Positions 48,105 to 61,919 of a DNA stretch of 64,000 bases are shown one piece after another. The position numbers and the translations under genes were made by a program. The notes under the pieces were generated by a model, which did not search any database, was not told the origin of the DNA, and saw only the letters and a program-made list of their open reading frames with translations. The stretch comes from Octopus sinensis (lineage: Eukaryota): NCBI RefSeq assembly GCF_006345805.1, contig NC_043007.1:51894001-51958000 (forward strand), given 5' to 3'. Numbering within the stretch: position 1 is the first letter of the stretch; the number at the start of each line of letters is the position of its first letter.

Positions 48105-50665
48105 ACCTGGTATATGAAATGTGTTGGAGACGCGCGAGAGGCCCGGGTGGCGGAGGCGAAACTGGGCAACAAAGCCACCATTCGGTCTCTGATGGATGAA
48201 CAGGAACGCGAATTACTCGAGCCTAGTAAAATGTGTGAGGCCTTTCAGCAGCACTTTGCCCGACTTTTCGGGACAAGTGGCGAACGAGAACGCAGGCTGA
48301 ACGCAGGGTGCCTACCTGCATAGCCTTCCACGACTCTCGGTAAGAGAGGTAGAGTGTTGCGAAATTGCCACCACAGCGACGGACGTGCGGGACGCGATGG
48401 CAGTATGCTCCGGGGACAAATCACCGGGTTTGGATGGTCTGCCCTACGAGCTTTACATTTGTATGCCAGACTTGTTTGGAGGCGTCTTGGCAGCAGTGTA
48501 CTGCAACTGGACGCAAAACGGAGCATCCCCCGGTTTTGTGAGCTGAGGATCCGTAACGCTGCAAAAGAAAGATCCAAACAAGGGGGACGTAAAAAATTAC
48601 TTTAGGCCCATCACTCTGCTCAATAAAATTTTTGAAAATGTTGGCCAAGGTGCTAGCCAAAAGATTGGTGCTTGTCATCGAGAAACTGGTCGACAAGGCG
48701 CAAATGTGCACCGTGCCGGGCCGGAGAATCCATGACAATCTCCACCTCATGCGCTGCATCATAGACAAGGTAGTTAAGGAAACTGGCATGGGTGGCGCAC
48801 TGATCAATTTGGATCAATCCAAAGCTTTCGATAGGGTAGACCATCGATACTTCGAGGCTGTCCTCATAGCGGCTGGTTTCTGTCTCGTTTGCCGCGACTT
48901 GATCACTGCCTTACACAAAGGCATCCGTTCGGTAATTCGCGTGAATGGGCATCTATCGAGACCATTTGACATAGCGCGTTCGGTCCGTCAGGGATGCCCC
49001 CTCTCGTCGCTTCTGTACGTATTGACTCTCGATCCACTACTGCGGAAGCTGGCGATGCTGAGGGGCATCCCGAGGGAATTGGGATGCGGGACAAGCGTGT
49101 CCGAATACTCGGACGACATCACCGTCATAGTGTCTAGCCATGACCACATCCGGGAAAAGTCAGTGGGCTTGCGGCTCAGCACCTGGAGAAGCAAGCCCAT
49201 GCCGTCCGGCAGCGCCTCTGTCATGAGACGCTGGACCGACGCTCCAGTCAAGTTGCTCGGGGTTTGGTTAGGTCCGGACCTCCAAACGGAGAAGAACTGG
49301 GACGAGATAACGAGAAGGGTGTCCACTCTCTCTCGGCAATGAGTAGAGAGGAAGCTGTCCCTAAAAGGTCGGGCGGAGGTGACGAACGCATACATCACGT
49401 CCGTCATCTACTACCACCTGACTGTCGTGCCTTGTCCCTACCCTACCATCACCAAACTGGAACGCATCCTCTTCCGCTTCTTGTGGAAAGGAAGCATTCC
49501 GATGGTCAGGCGATCCGATTGCTGCCAACACTCGCTAAAAGAAGGGCTGGGCATGCCGTGGTTAATGATGCGCAGACACGCGCTGAGACTGCGACATCTC
49601 CGGCTCTCCGTAGACAATAGTGAACAGGTGTGCTCGCCATTTGTGAGGCGCGCTTTTCTGCAGCTCGTTTCCATGACCGAACTGCAGTCGTGGATCAAAA
49701 AGAGGCCGAAGAAGGGCGAATGGCACCGCGATTCTCACGTTACTCTCAAGCAACTATGCTGTCCCGGGTCGACCTTCAGCGACTGCATCACCACGAAAGC
49801 ATTCTATATGGAATTAGTGGAGGGGAGGTACGACGACAATCTCGGGGAGAACCTGGGCGTCGACAAGGAATACCTGACCCACCTGCTCAAGACAACTTTC
49901 GAACCGAGACCTATGGACAACTTTTAGAGATCCCTGGCCTGGCAGGGCCATCGAGAAGCGCTACCCGTTCGGGATAAGCTCTACAAGCATGGCTCCAGAA
50001 ACACCGGGCCAACCTACCCGAGATGCGGTCAGAGTGACGAAACCGTTCTGCACGCACTCGTGCAACGTCTAACCATTTCCGACCTGTGGGCTTATGTCGA
50101 ACGACTGCTGTTGTGTGTGGAACGAGTCGGTTTATCGTCAATATTGTCGCCCCTCCTTCATTCAAACAGGAAGAAAGAGCCATTTTTATCGCACTTGTGG
50201 CTAGGGCGAAAGAATGTGCATGGTGGACACGTATGAAAGGCCTAAAGACAAACACTTTCCTCTCTGGTCAATCTCTCATCAACTGCTTCAAGTATCACTT
50301 GAAAAGGAAGGTGAGAGTAGAGAGAGAAGTTTTGTCTAGTGAATGTTTCAACAAAATATGGGTGAATGTAGCAAGGATGGCACGTGTGAATGACGGAGCC
50401 ACCTTGAGCATAATCCTATGAACCAGAAAAAGAAAGGAAAAAGCGAATAACTTACCGTAAATGTGTTTTTGTATAACATTATTTTCGGAGGTTTTTATTC
50501 CCACGGCATTATTTCAATCTTTTGTACGTCCGAAACGATTTCGATCCCTTTTGATCGTTGTCCCTTTTTTTTTTTTTCGCCCCACCTCAAGAAGAAAAAC
50601 TCTTCATTGTATTTGTCCCCTCTGTGTTCGGCCCTGTGTGGCTAATAAAGAAAGTTATCGACCTC
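48105..50665 (+). mobile_element. 5'-truncated Tx1/L1-clade retrotransposon (ORF2 RT to 3'UTR), same group as 3414-7950
   Basis: SPGLDGLPYE, KMLAKVLAKRL, DQSKAFDRVDH, VRQGCPLS, YSDD, ETVLH; ends CTAATAAAGAAAG. Confidence 0.9.
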
Positions 50666-51342
50666 AGAACTAATTTTATCGATCATTATATATTGAATGG
50701 CTAGATACATATAAACAACGATCTCCTTCAATATCAGTCTTCCACCTTCCTCCCACCTCATTTCCACTACTAACAAACTATTGGTCATTTATATGTTCCC
50801 AACTGATAAGGTTTCGGTAAAAGAAATCGCCTTTCAACTTTCTGCAAGAGAACATCAAACAAACGATGGGGGTGTGGGTGAAGTAAAGATAGGAGACTAT
50901 AAAATTATCCTGCAGTGCCCTCTAATACGCAAACTTGCCATTATCTCTTTGTCCCTCCACCCATCCACCTTCCAGCTTACAGTTCTTAGACCAGATAGAA
51001 AGGTTCCGACTGATTATAGAGATTTTTTATATATTTTTATGAAGTATCCCGTCTCCTGAGGGGGAAAATGGCGAGATAGTTTGCTTTTGGAGGTGGTAGT
51101 GGTGATGGATGTGGTGGCGTGGGTGTTACGGAATGGTCAGAGTCTTAAAGATAGTTTACTCTGCCAAGCAAGCCTATTATTCTTTCCTCTTAATCTTTAT
51201 TTTGTGTTGTTGATTATCTTTAATCTTGCTCTTGCTCACTGATTTTCACAGTCCTTGGTCGATCCAAGCAACAGATTGACGGACGAACATGCAGCATTGA
51301 GCGATGAAAACAGCTTCCGAATAACATGGCCTGTGGTTCACC

Positions 51343-51392
<50 letters not shown>

Positions 51393-51539
51393 ATACATAC
51401 ATACACAAATACTCACATATTCACTCGCACATTCACGACATACACACACAACCTCACTCACATATACACAACTCACTCACTGTCTCTTTCTTTGGAATCA
51501 CAAACAGCAAGAAGCATTTCCTTCTAAATCTGCCTTTAA

Positions 51540-51835
51540 TTCGTCGACTGTTGCAGGTTGTGTACCGTAAGCTTCTATGTACCTCTGTAAAGAAAAGTCT
51601 ATTGGTATAAGATCCGGTGAACACGGAAGGCATTCTACTGAACCTCACTGTCCTGTTTGGCAAAATTTCATCGTGTTAAGTCCTTTAAATTACTATGGTA
51701 GTGTGTGGAGAGGGAGCGTTTAGCTGGAAATAAAACTCCACATCTTCAAAGTCCTCTGGGGTGCATGGCATGACAAATTGTTGCAGCAAATCCAAGTAAA
51801 TGGGACTAGTCAAAGTACCATACTCTAATTAACCC
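51540..51835 (-). pseudogene. Degenerate Tc1/mariner transposase C-terminal fragment
   Basis: Minus strand [25 protein letters not shown], and PCSPDLIPIDF (SPDL motif), across frames. Confidence 0.6.
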
Positions 51836-53499
51836 TTTTAAAGGCAATAAAACTTGTGAAACATCTAAACAGAATAAATATAAATCGAACTACGGTATGA
51901 TAAACAGGATATCAAAAATACATTCAGTAGCAACCAATGAATCAGAGCTTATGAAAACGGATTTTCATTTTTAAAGAAGGAAAATTAGGATATCAAAAAA
52001 CTGAACACGCACTGAAAGAAGTCCAAAGATTCGAACAAAATAGTACAAGGATAAGTAGAAATCAGATCAACCAGTGAATATATAGAATAAACAAAGAATT
52101 AACAAATGATACGATGAAAACCATAACTAATGTTCTAATAGATATAACAACATCGGAAACCATGTAATCAAAAAACGGTTGTCTCAGATATGTACATATT
52201 AAATAATATAAGTAAGCAACCAATCAGATTGAGAACCATTGACTCCCGAATTTGTCTAATACTTGTTTTATCACCTTCGAAACAATAAAAATATTTCATG
52301 GAAATTGAATTCAGAACGTGAAGAGACAGTTTGTCCAGTACTCAACTAATTTTGCTTCAAGCAATTCCTTTAGTAATATTTACTATTTAATATCAATTAC
52401 ATTCACAAGGAATAGAGATACACAGCCTCTAATATACTTGGTTTCCTTAAACAATGGCCGTGTTTTGGTTTTTTCTTTCATTTTTAGACTAAGAAAATAA
52501 CCAAATTAAAGCTAGGAGAAAAGTCGGGAATATAATTTATTCCACCTAAGTCGGGAATAAAAGAAAATTATTTTCACATTTATTTATGTTTCCTTCCACT
52601 GTTTTTATCACATTTTCTTTATTTATCTATTCTTGTCTACTGTTTTGATGCTTCATTTGTTTGCTTCCGTTATGATTTACATTGCTCATTGCTTTCAACC
52701 ACCACACGCAGCCCAGAATGTCTCCCAACAATGATTTTGCAATCGTTGCCAATCTCGGAGACTATCTGGGAGCCATTTTTGTTTTTGATTTTTCTGAGTG
52801 ACTCTTGTATATTTGTGAATAAATGTGTTTGTATGCATATTTGTATTTGTTTGTATGCATATGTAAGTTTTGTTTTTTATTTTAATCTTATTTTCTAATT
52901 TCATTATTGTCCATATTACTTTTATTATTGATGCTGTAAGTTTTGTAATGTTTTATCTTTGTTTTTATTATTGTGGCGATTGTTATTGTTATTGTTGTTG
53001 CTATTCTTTTTGTTATTTGTTTGTTTCACGTTAATTTGTTTCTAATTGCCTCCATTCGGCGGCATTAATCGAGGTAAACTTGACATTTTGACCAGAGGAC
53101 AGACGCTGTGTTCGACACCGAAACAGTAACACCAGTGCTAACAACAACAATAGCAACATTAACGACAACAACACAGATAAGCAATAAACCAAACAACGGC
53201 AAACAAACAATCAATCAAGTGAAATGGGAAATAAACAAGCGAAGAAATAAATATATGGCTGAGAGTTTTCTATGAAAGATAATGATATTGTAACGTTTAC
53301 GGCTTTGGTACACATCATCATCATAATCCTCATTATCATCATCATCATCAGCAGCAGCAGCAGCAGCATTGCTAGCTGTTATCACTAAAACTTGCTTCAT
53401 TCTCAATCTAATATATTTCCTATACAACTCCAAATGCTCTCCCCTTCGCACCTTCAGTTTTCTCATTTTTCCCTCGCTACGTTTCCTTCTCCTTCCTTT

Positions 53500-53652
53500 T
53501 AACTCTCTTTCTCTCTCTCTCTCTCTCTTTCTCTTTCAGTCATTCTTTATTTTTGTTTCTCTCTCTAGTTGTTTTTCCCTTTCTTATTTTTATTTATCCT
53601 TTTAAACTCTGTTTTTCTTTCTTCACTGACGCATCTCTCTGCCGCCCATATC

Positions 53653-53686
<34 letters not shown>

Positions 53687-54950
53687 CTCTCTCTTTTCTT
53701 CTCTCTCTCTCTCTTTCCTCTCTCTCTCTCTCTTTCCTGTCTCTCTCTCTTTCCCTCTTTCTCTCTCTTTCCCTCCCTCTCTTTCCCTCCCTCTCTCTCT
53801 TTCTCTCTCCCTCTTTCTCTCTCTTTCCCTCTCCTCTTTCTCTCTCTCCCTCTTTCCCTATCTCTCTTTCTCTCTTTTCCTCTCTCTCTCTTTCCTCACT
53901 TTCTCTCGTTTCCTTCTCTCCCTCTTTTTCACCTTTTCTCTCTTTCTCTCTTTCTCTCTCTCTTTTCTTTTTCTTCTTCTTTCCTCTCCTTTCTTTCCTC
54001 TTTTCTCTTTTCCCATCTCTCTCTTTCTCTCTCTCTTTCCCTCTCTCATCTCCTCTCTCTCTTATCTCTCCTCTTCTCTCTTTCTTTCTTCTCTCTCCTT
54101 TCCCTCCCTCTCCCTCTCTCTCTTCCTCCCCTCTCTCTCTCTCTCTCTCTCACTCTCTTCCCTCTCTCTCTCCCTCTATCGTCCCTCTTTCTCTCTCTCC
54201 TCCTCTCTTTCCTCTCTTTCTTTCTCTTCTTTCTGCCTTTCCCTGTCTCTTCTCTTTCCTTTCTCTGTTTCTCCTTCTTTCTCTCTCTCTTCCCTTTCCC
54301 TCTCTGTCTCTTTCTCTTCTCCCTATTCTCTCTCTCTTCTCTCTTTCTTTCCTCTCTTTTCCTTCCCTCTCTCTCTCTCTCTCTTCTCTCTTTCTTCCCT
54401 CCCTCTCTCTCTCTTTCCCTCCCTCTCTCTCTCTCTTCTTCTCTCTCCTCTTTCTCTCCTCTTTCCCTCTTCCTCTTCTCTCTCTCCTCTCTTTCCCTAT
54501 CTCTCTTTCTCTCTTTCCTCTCTCTCTCTTTCTCCCCTTTCTCTCTTTCCTTCTCTCTCTTTTTCTCTCTTTCTCTCTTTCTCTCTTTCCCTCTCTCTCT
54601 TTCTCTCTCTCTTTCCCTCTCTCTCTCTCTCTTTCCCTCTCTCTCTCTTTCTTTCCCTCTCTCCGTCTTTCCCTCTCTCCCTCTTTCTCTCTCTCTTTCC
54701 TCTCTTTCTGCCTTTCCCTGTCTCTCTCTTTCTCTGTTTCTCTTTCTTTCTCTCTCTTTCCCATTCTCCCTCTCTGTCTCTTTCTCTCTCTCTTTTCTTC
54801 TCTCTCTTTCCTCTCTTTCCTGCTCTCTCTCTCTTTCTTTCCCTCCCTCTCTCTCTCTTTCCCTCCCTCTCTCTCTCTTTCCCTCTCTCTCTTTCTCTCT
54901 TTCTCTCTCTCTTTCTTTCTCTATTGCTCTCTCTCTCGCTCTCTCTCACA
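53500..54950. repeat. ~1.4-kb polypyrimidine/polypurine (CT/CCT/CTT) tract
   Basis: Direct reading; almost exclusively C/T on the + strand. Confidence 0.97.
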
Positions 54951-55706
54951 GACACACTTCCTATTATCTTTTTCTCTTTTTTATTTCTACTTTACATGTT
55001 TACACAATACCTGAAAGAAGAAGAGCGTGGTCACGACTGGAACGCCTTTGATCAAAGATTTACTCAGTCGGGGCTGACATATATTTAAACAACCCTCTCG
55101 CACACACAATGACACATACCTTGTCCGATTCTCCACTGCATTCGTGACTAAATAAGTAACGATTTACTTTTACCAAAGTCACGTAACCTTTGTTGTGTGA
55201 TGAGAGAAGAGAATTGTTGGAAGTGACCTTATTGAATTACTTGTACGTAGGGAATTACTGATACGAGGGAGTTTCTACATTACCACCATATCTGCTATGC
55301 TAGAAATAGCAGCCAAATTTTCCTTAAATCATATCCCACCATTTTAAAAAGGAAGGAACACCTTGGATGGTGTTATTTATACCAGAGGCCTGCTTGATCA
55401 AGTCTGACCTGAACAGCATAAACAACTCGTAATTGATTTGGTAAGATTTGAACCCGGAACCATGAGATACAATATGGGAACTACCTAAATAATCGAGAAC
55501 ATTGGTATATTTCATCATTTACATAAGCATAAACACAGACATTTAGAAAATATTGTTGTTTAACCTAACGTAAACCCTAACTGAGCAGACTTATGATGAA
55601 AGGTGTACCTATGATTAAAGGTGTGCTAGCTGTGACCATTCAGTCATTTTAGCGTGTCCTTAGTTCTTTTATTTTTTTTTACCCTTTATCTTGTTTATCA
55701 TTATAC

Positions 55707-55845
55707 TGTGGCCATGCTGGAGCACCGCCTCGAAGAATTTTTAGCCGAATGAATCGACCCCAGTACTTATACTTTTAAGCCAGATACTTATTCTATCGGT
55801 ATCGCTTGCCGAACTGCTTATTTACGGGGACGTAAACACAGACAT

Positions 55846-55877
<32 letters not shown>

Positions 55878-56032
55878 GATAGATACTTTCAGTTTCCGTC
55901 ATCCAAATCCACTCAAAAGACTTTGGTTGGCTCGATGCTATAGTAGACACTTGCCCAATGTGCCGTGCAGTGGGACTGAACTCGGAACCATGTAGTTGCG
56001 AAGCAAACTTCTTACCACACAGCCACACCTGC
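55707..56032 (-). mobile_element. Main-family SINE, degenerate
   Basis: Reverse-complement similarity to 60981-61403. Confidence 0.78.
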
Positions 56033-57810
56033 AGCTATAGTTCTTTACATTTTGAGATTAAATGTCGTCCTTCGTGGGTCGATAAAGCAAGGTAACAGTC
56101 AAATAGTGGAGTAAGGGTATTGACTAATCCCCGGCTCCTCAAAAACTGTTGGTTTTCTGCCAAAATTAGAAACCATTTTAGAGTGTCACCACCTTATACC
56201 ACGTTGGCCAGTTTAGAGAAATATACGCGATGTAACTGAAGCTAAAGGATTTCTCCTGAGACTGAAACAGGATTGCTGGATCTGCTGTTGAACCAATCCA
56301 TTACGCATTCACCACAATTAGAGACTACGACCGTTCCAGAGAGTTTCTACGTAGTCTATCAATCTGCTAGACATAGGACCCAAATCTTCCTCAAAACACA
56401 CTCAACCATCTTTAAAAGGCACTTCGAATAATGTAGTCTACGGCACACTATTGCAGAAAGCAGACGTGATGGGTATGGCTGGAATGGCCTGTACCATAGA
56501 TCCGACTAATTATGGCTGACCTGGGTTTAACCAACAACAACTGAAAAGTAATTACTGCTAACAGGATAAACACACAGACATAAAGTAACTGAAATGATAG
56601 GTTTTCCTCCGACATTAACAACAAATATGAAGATTTGGTTCTTTAGAGTACTAAACGGACAAGAAATTTGTCGACAAGATTTACAGTGACGTAACCTTAG
56701 TAACTGGTATTTTTCTTTCACTGAAGAAAAATAGGGATGTAATGGATTTAAACTGTGAGCGTATTCTACAGCAAGCTCAGCTAGGGCAAAATAGATCTTT
56801 CTTTTACATAGTCTATATAACAAAGACATTATCCAGTGTGTATATTTTTGAGTCAGTATATAATTTGATATATATTTCTAGTAAGTCCAGTATTCCCTTG
56901 TTGATGTTTAGCCCCAGGTCACTCGTGAAAGAGCAAACTTATCATCAAAAGCTTTCCTACCACAACCATCCGGCCACTTTCGAAACATCAGCAATCACAT
57001 TATCTCATGATGATAGTGTGATTTAAGAGAGAGTTGGCTGATATTGCTAGCAGCTCAAGAGACCACGTAACGACGTCTCCGTTTCTGCTGCCACTGATGT
57101 TGATGTTATTGTTGTTCGTTTGTTTGTTGTTGTGGTAGTCGTTGCTATGTTGTAACTGTTGTTGTTGTCATCGTCGTCGTTTTTGTCGTTGTCGTTATTG
57201 TTGTTGCTAATGTTATAAGCTATCATGACGACAGATCGGTTACAGTTACATTTATGTTCAGATTTTCTAAATTATTGGTCCCAGCGGCTTTGGTTCTGTT
57301 TCCTCTTGTTGGTTATTGCTGGACAAGAGTCGGGAGATGAGGTAGAAAGAAGGGTTAAAAAGAGTGAGAGACTGGGACAGGCAGACAGACGCTGAGAAAA
57401 AGAGAAAGAGTGAAGTGGGAGAGAAGCGACCATATTTGATGGAGCACACCACGGTTTACGTGACCTTATCTTTATTTCTGGAACATGACTCAACAAACAA
57501 CAGGAGTAGGAGGGAGGATCGTAAACAAAAATGTATGTGTGTGTGCGTGTCTCAGTGCGCGTGTGTGAGAGAGAGAGTAGGAGGTAAATAAGTGTATATG
57601 AATGTATGTGTATGCGTGTATACGTGTGTGTGCGTGTGTCTGTGTCTGTGTCTGTGTAAATATGTAGGTTTGTACATATACTACACACATGCAAACACAC
57701 ACACAAACATACACACACACACACAAACATACACATATGCATTTAAAACGCTCATACATATACATATAACTATACATCTATGTGTTTATATGTGTGCATA
57801 TATATGTATG

Positions 57811-57910
<100 letters not shown>

Positions 57911-58066
57911 TATATATATAGGTAAACAGTAAAAATAATTACAGACATGGACAAGAACATGAAACACCACAGAGACGACACAAGAACCACAGGACGGGAC
58001 ATTCGAAGCCCTCAGTCATCAGTCAAGAACCAGATCATCTTAGCAATTTCGGCTGATTATATAATA

Positions 58067-58097
<31 letters not shown>

Positions 58098-58147
58098 CAT
58101 ATATATATTTACAGATATATGATATATATATATATAATATATATATA

Positions 58148-58219
<72 letters not shown>

Positions 58220-58254
58220 TATGTGTGTGATGTATACATATAATATATATATAC

Positions 58255-58409
58255 GCGCAGGAGTGGATGTGTGGTAAGTAGCTTGCTTCCGAGTTCAGTC
58301 CCACTGCGTGGCATCTTGGGCAAGTGTCTTCTGCTATAGCCCCGGGCCGACCAATACCTTGTGAGTGGATTTGGTAGACGGAAACTGAAAGAATCCTGTC
58401 GTATATATG

Positions 58410-58459
<50 letters not shown>

Positions 58460-58665
58460 TGTGTCTGTGTTTGTCCCCCTAGCATTGCTTGACAACCGAT
58501 GCTGGTGTGTTTACGTCCCCGTCACTTAGCGGTTCGGCAAAATAGACCGAAAGAATAAGTACTGGGCTTGCAAAGAATAAGTCCCGGGGTTGATTTGCTC
58601 GACTAAAGGCGATGCTCCACCATGGCCGCAGTCAAATGACTGAAACAAGTAAAAGAATAAAAAGA
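58255..58665 (+). mobile_element. Main-family SINE (small deletion in the tRNA head)
   Basis: Near-identical to 60981-61403. Confidence 0.9.
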
Positions 58666-58719
58666 GAGATATACTATAAATAGATGATGTATATATGATA
58701 TTTATATGTAATATATATA

Positions 58720-58762
<43 letters not shown>

Positions 58763-58789
58763 TGATATATGGGAATACGATCCAGCTGA

Positions 58790-59560
58790 GCCAAAGTCAG
58801 AAGTGTTGGGCCCACTCCTCTTCATTATTTACATCAACGACATAGCAGATGTCATCAAACATTCTAAATTGAAAATCTTTGCAGATGATTCCAAACTCCA
58901 GAAATCCATAAAAGGCGTGGGAGACTGAACATGCTTTCACTCAGATCTATTTGCTGTTGTCCAATGGGCGGAAAAAAACAATATGCTTTTAAATGAAGGT
59001 AAGTTTGATTTGATCCACTTTGGAAAAGAGAAATCTCTGAAATCCCTAGTATCATCCAACAACACCAGATACCTTGGAGTAATTATTGATAACAATCTAA
59101 GTTGGAGTTCCCACGTAAATAGCAAGATTGACTTGACCTGCAAGACGTGCTCCTGGATTCTGAGAACTTTCCGATCTAGAGATGACTACACCATCATCCT
59201 TCTCTACTCTACTTTTGCCCGACCCCAACTTGAATACTGTTGCCCACTGTAGTCCCCCCATACGAAGCAGCTCATTATGAAAGTAGAAGCACTCCAGAGG
59301 TAAATAAAAAGAAAGATAGACGGCATGAGGGGCATTGACTAAAAAACTCATTCTCTACTCTCTTCAACGCCGTCGGGAGCGCTACATCATTTGTGTTATG
59401 TAGAAAATATTCCATCAATATTGCACAAATGATGTTGGCATCAATTTTAAAATCCATCCAAGACTTGGCTCCCGTGCTATCTGCCCACTACAAAAACCGA
59501 ACTCGGTACACATAGCAACATTACGTCACAATTACTTTACCTCAACCGGTAAAGTAAAGC
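58790..59560 (+). mobile_element. CR1-like LINE fragment (RT C-terminal half), degenerate
   Basis: VLGPLLFIIYIND..KIFADD, RYLGVIIDNNLSW..H, ARPQLEYCCPL. Confidence 0.85.
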
Positions 59561-59592
59561 AACTTTACGTCACAATTACTTTACCTCAACCG

Positions 59593-59850
59593 GTAGAGTA
59601 GAGTAGAGAAGGATGATGGTATAGGCATCTCTAGACTGGAAAGTTCTCAGAATCCAGGAGCACATCTTGAGGGCCAAGTCAACCTTGCTGTTTACGTGGG
59701 AACTCCAGTTTAGATTGTTATCAATAATTACTCCAAGATCTCTGGTGTTGTTGAATGACACTGGGGAGTCGCTGAGGGAAGAGCATATGGTAATTTCAGA
59801 GTTTCCTCTTTCCCAAAGTAGATCAAATCAAACTTATCTTCATTTAAAAG
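59593..59850 (-). mobile_element. Inverted CR1-like fragment
   Basis: Reverse-complement homolog of 58986-59210 (RDLGVIIDNNLNWSSHVNSKVD). Confidence 0.85.
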
Positions 59851-59929
59851 CAGTTATCGCTTGGTCTATTAGTTTGGTGGTGTCCAGAGCTTAACTTGTT
59901 CCTTAAAAACAAAAATACTCTTCCAACTA

Positions 59930-60975
<1,046 letters not shown>

Positions 60976-60980
60976 TATAT

Positions 60981-61152
60981 AGGCGCAGGAGTGGCTGTGT
61001 GGTAAGTAGCTTGCTAACCAACCACATGGTTCCGGGTTCAGTCCCACTGCGTGGCATCTTGGGCAAGTGTCTTCTGCTATAGCCCCGGGCCGACCAATAC
61101 CTTGTGAGTGGATTTGGTAGACGGAAACTGAAAGAAGCCTGTCGTATATATG

Positions 61153-61183
<31 letters not shown>

Positions 61184-61403
61184 GTATGTGTGTGTTTGTG
61201 TGTCTGTGTTTGTCCCTCTAGCATTGCTTGACAACCGATGCTGGTGTGTTTACGTCCCCGTCACTTAGCGATTCGGAAAAATAGACCGATAGAATAAGTA
61301 CTGGGCTTACAAAGAATAAGACCCGGGGTCGATTTTCTCGACTAAAGGCGGTGCTCCAGCATGGCCGCAGTCAAATGACTGAAACAAGTAAAAGAGTAAA
61401 AGA
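60981..61403 (+). mobile_element. Main-family tRNA-derived SINE, complete
   Basis: A-box GTGGCTGTGTGGTAAG, B-box GGTTCAGTCCC, internal microsatellite, AAAAGAGT tail. Confidence 0.92.
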
Positions 61404-61567
61404 GTATATATGTATTATCAATATATAAATTATATATATATGTTATACTACGTATTATATATCGACATATTATATGATTGATTTTGATTTTTCCAGCTCA
61501 TGAGCTGTGGCCATATATATTATAAATATATATTATATAAATATATGTATATATATATGTGTGTATA

Positions 61568-61607
<40 letters not shown>

Positions 61608-61615
61608 ATTATTAA

Positions 61616-61646
<31 letters not shown>

Positions 61647-61662
61647 TAATATTAATATTAAT

Positions 61663-61860
61663 AATACTCTATCCTCTAATTAGCCTTAAGATTAAATAAC
61701 GTTTTTACCCACACTCTAATATAATATTAATATTGCTAATATATTTTCAGATACTCTATCTCCTAATTAGCCTTAAGATTAAATAACGTTTTTACCCACA
61801 AACTTTAATATTGTTAATATTTTTTTTTCCAAATACTCTATCTTCTAATTAGCCTTAATA
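61663..61860 (+). repeat. ~85-bp tandem repeat (2 full + 1 partial) upstream of LINE ORF1
   Basis: ATACTCTATC..CTAATTAGCCTTAA occurs three times; GATTAAATAACGTTTTTACCCACA twice. Confidence 0.85.
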
Positions 61861-61919
61861 TCTTCTTGTCTTCTCTCGAACATAGTTAGATAGATAAACA
61901 AATAGACAGATCATCCAGC

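Noticed and set aside
48090-50690. Target-site duplication for the second Tx1 copy
   Set aside because: Only 5-6-nt matches (GACCT, TCAGAA) in inconsistent positions.
53553-55088. 511-aa and 481-aa ORFs and antisense E/R-rich ORFs
   Set aside because: Translations of the CT tract, which lacks stop codons by composition.
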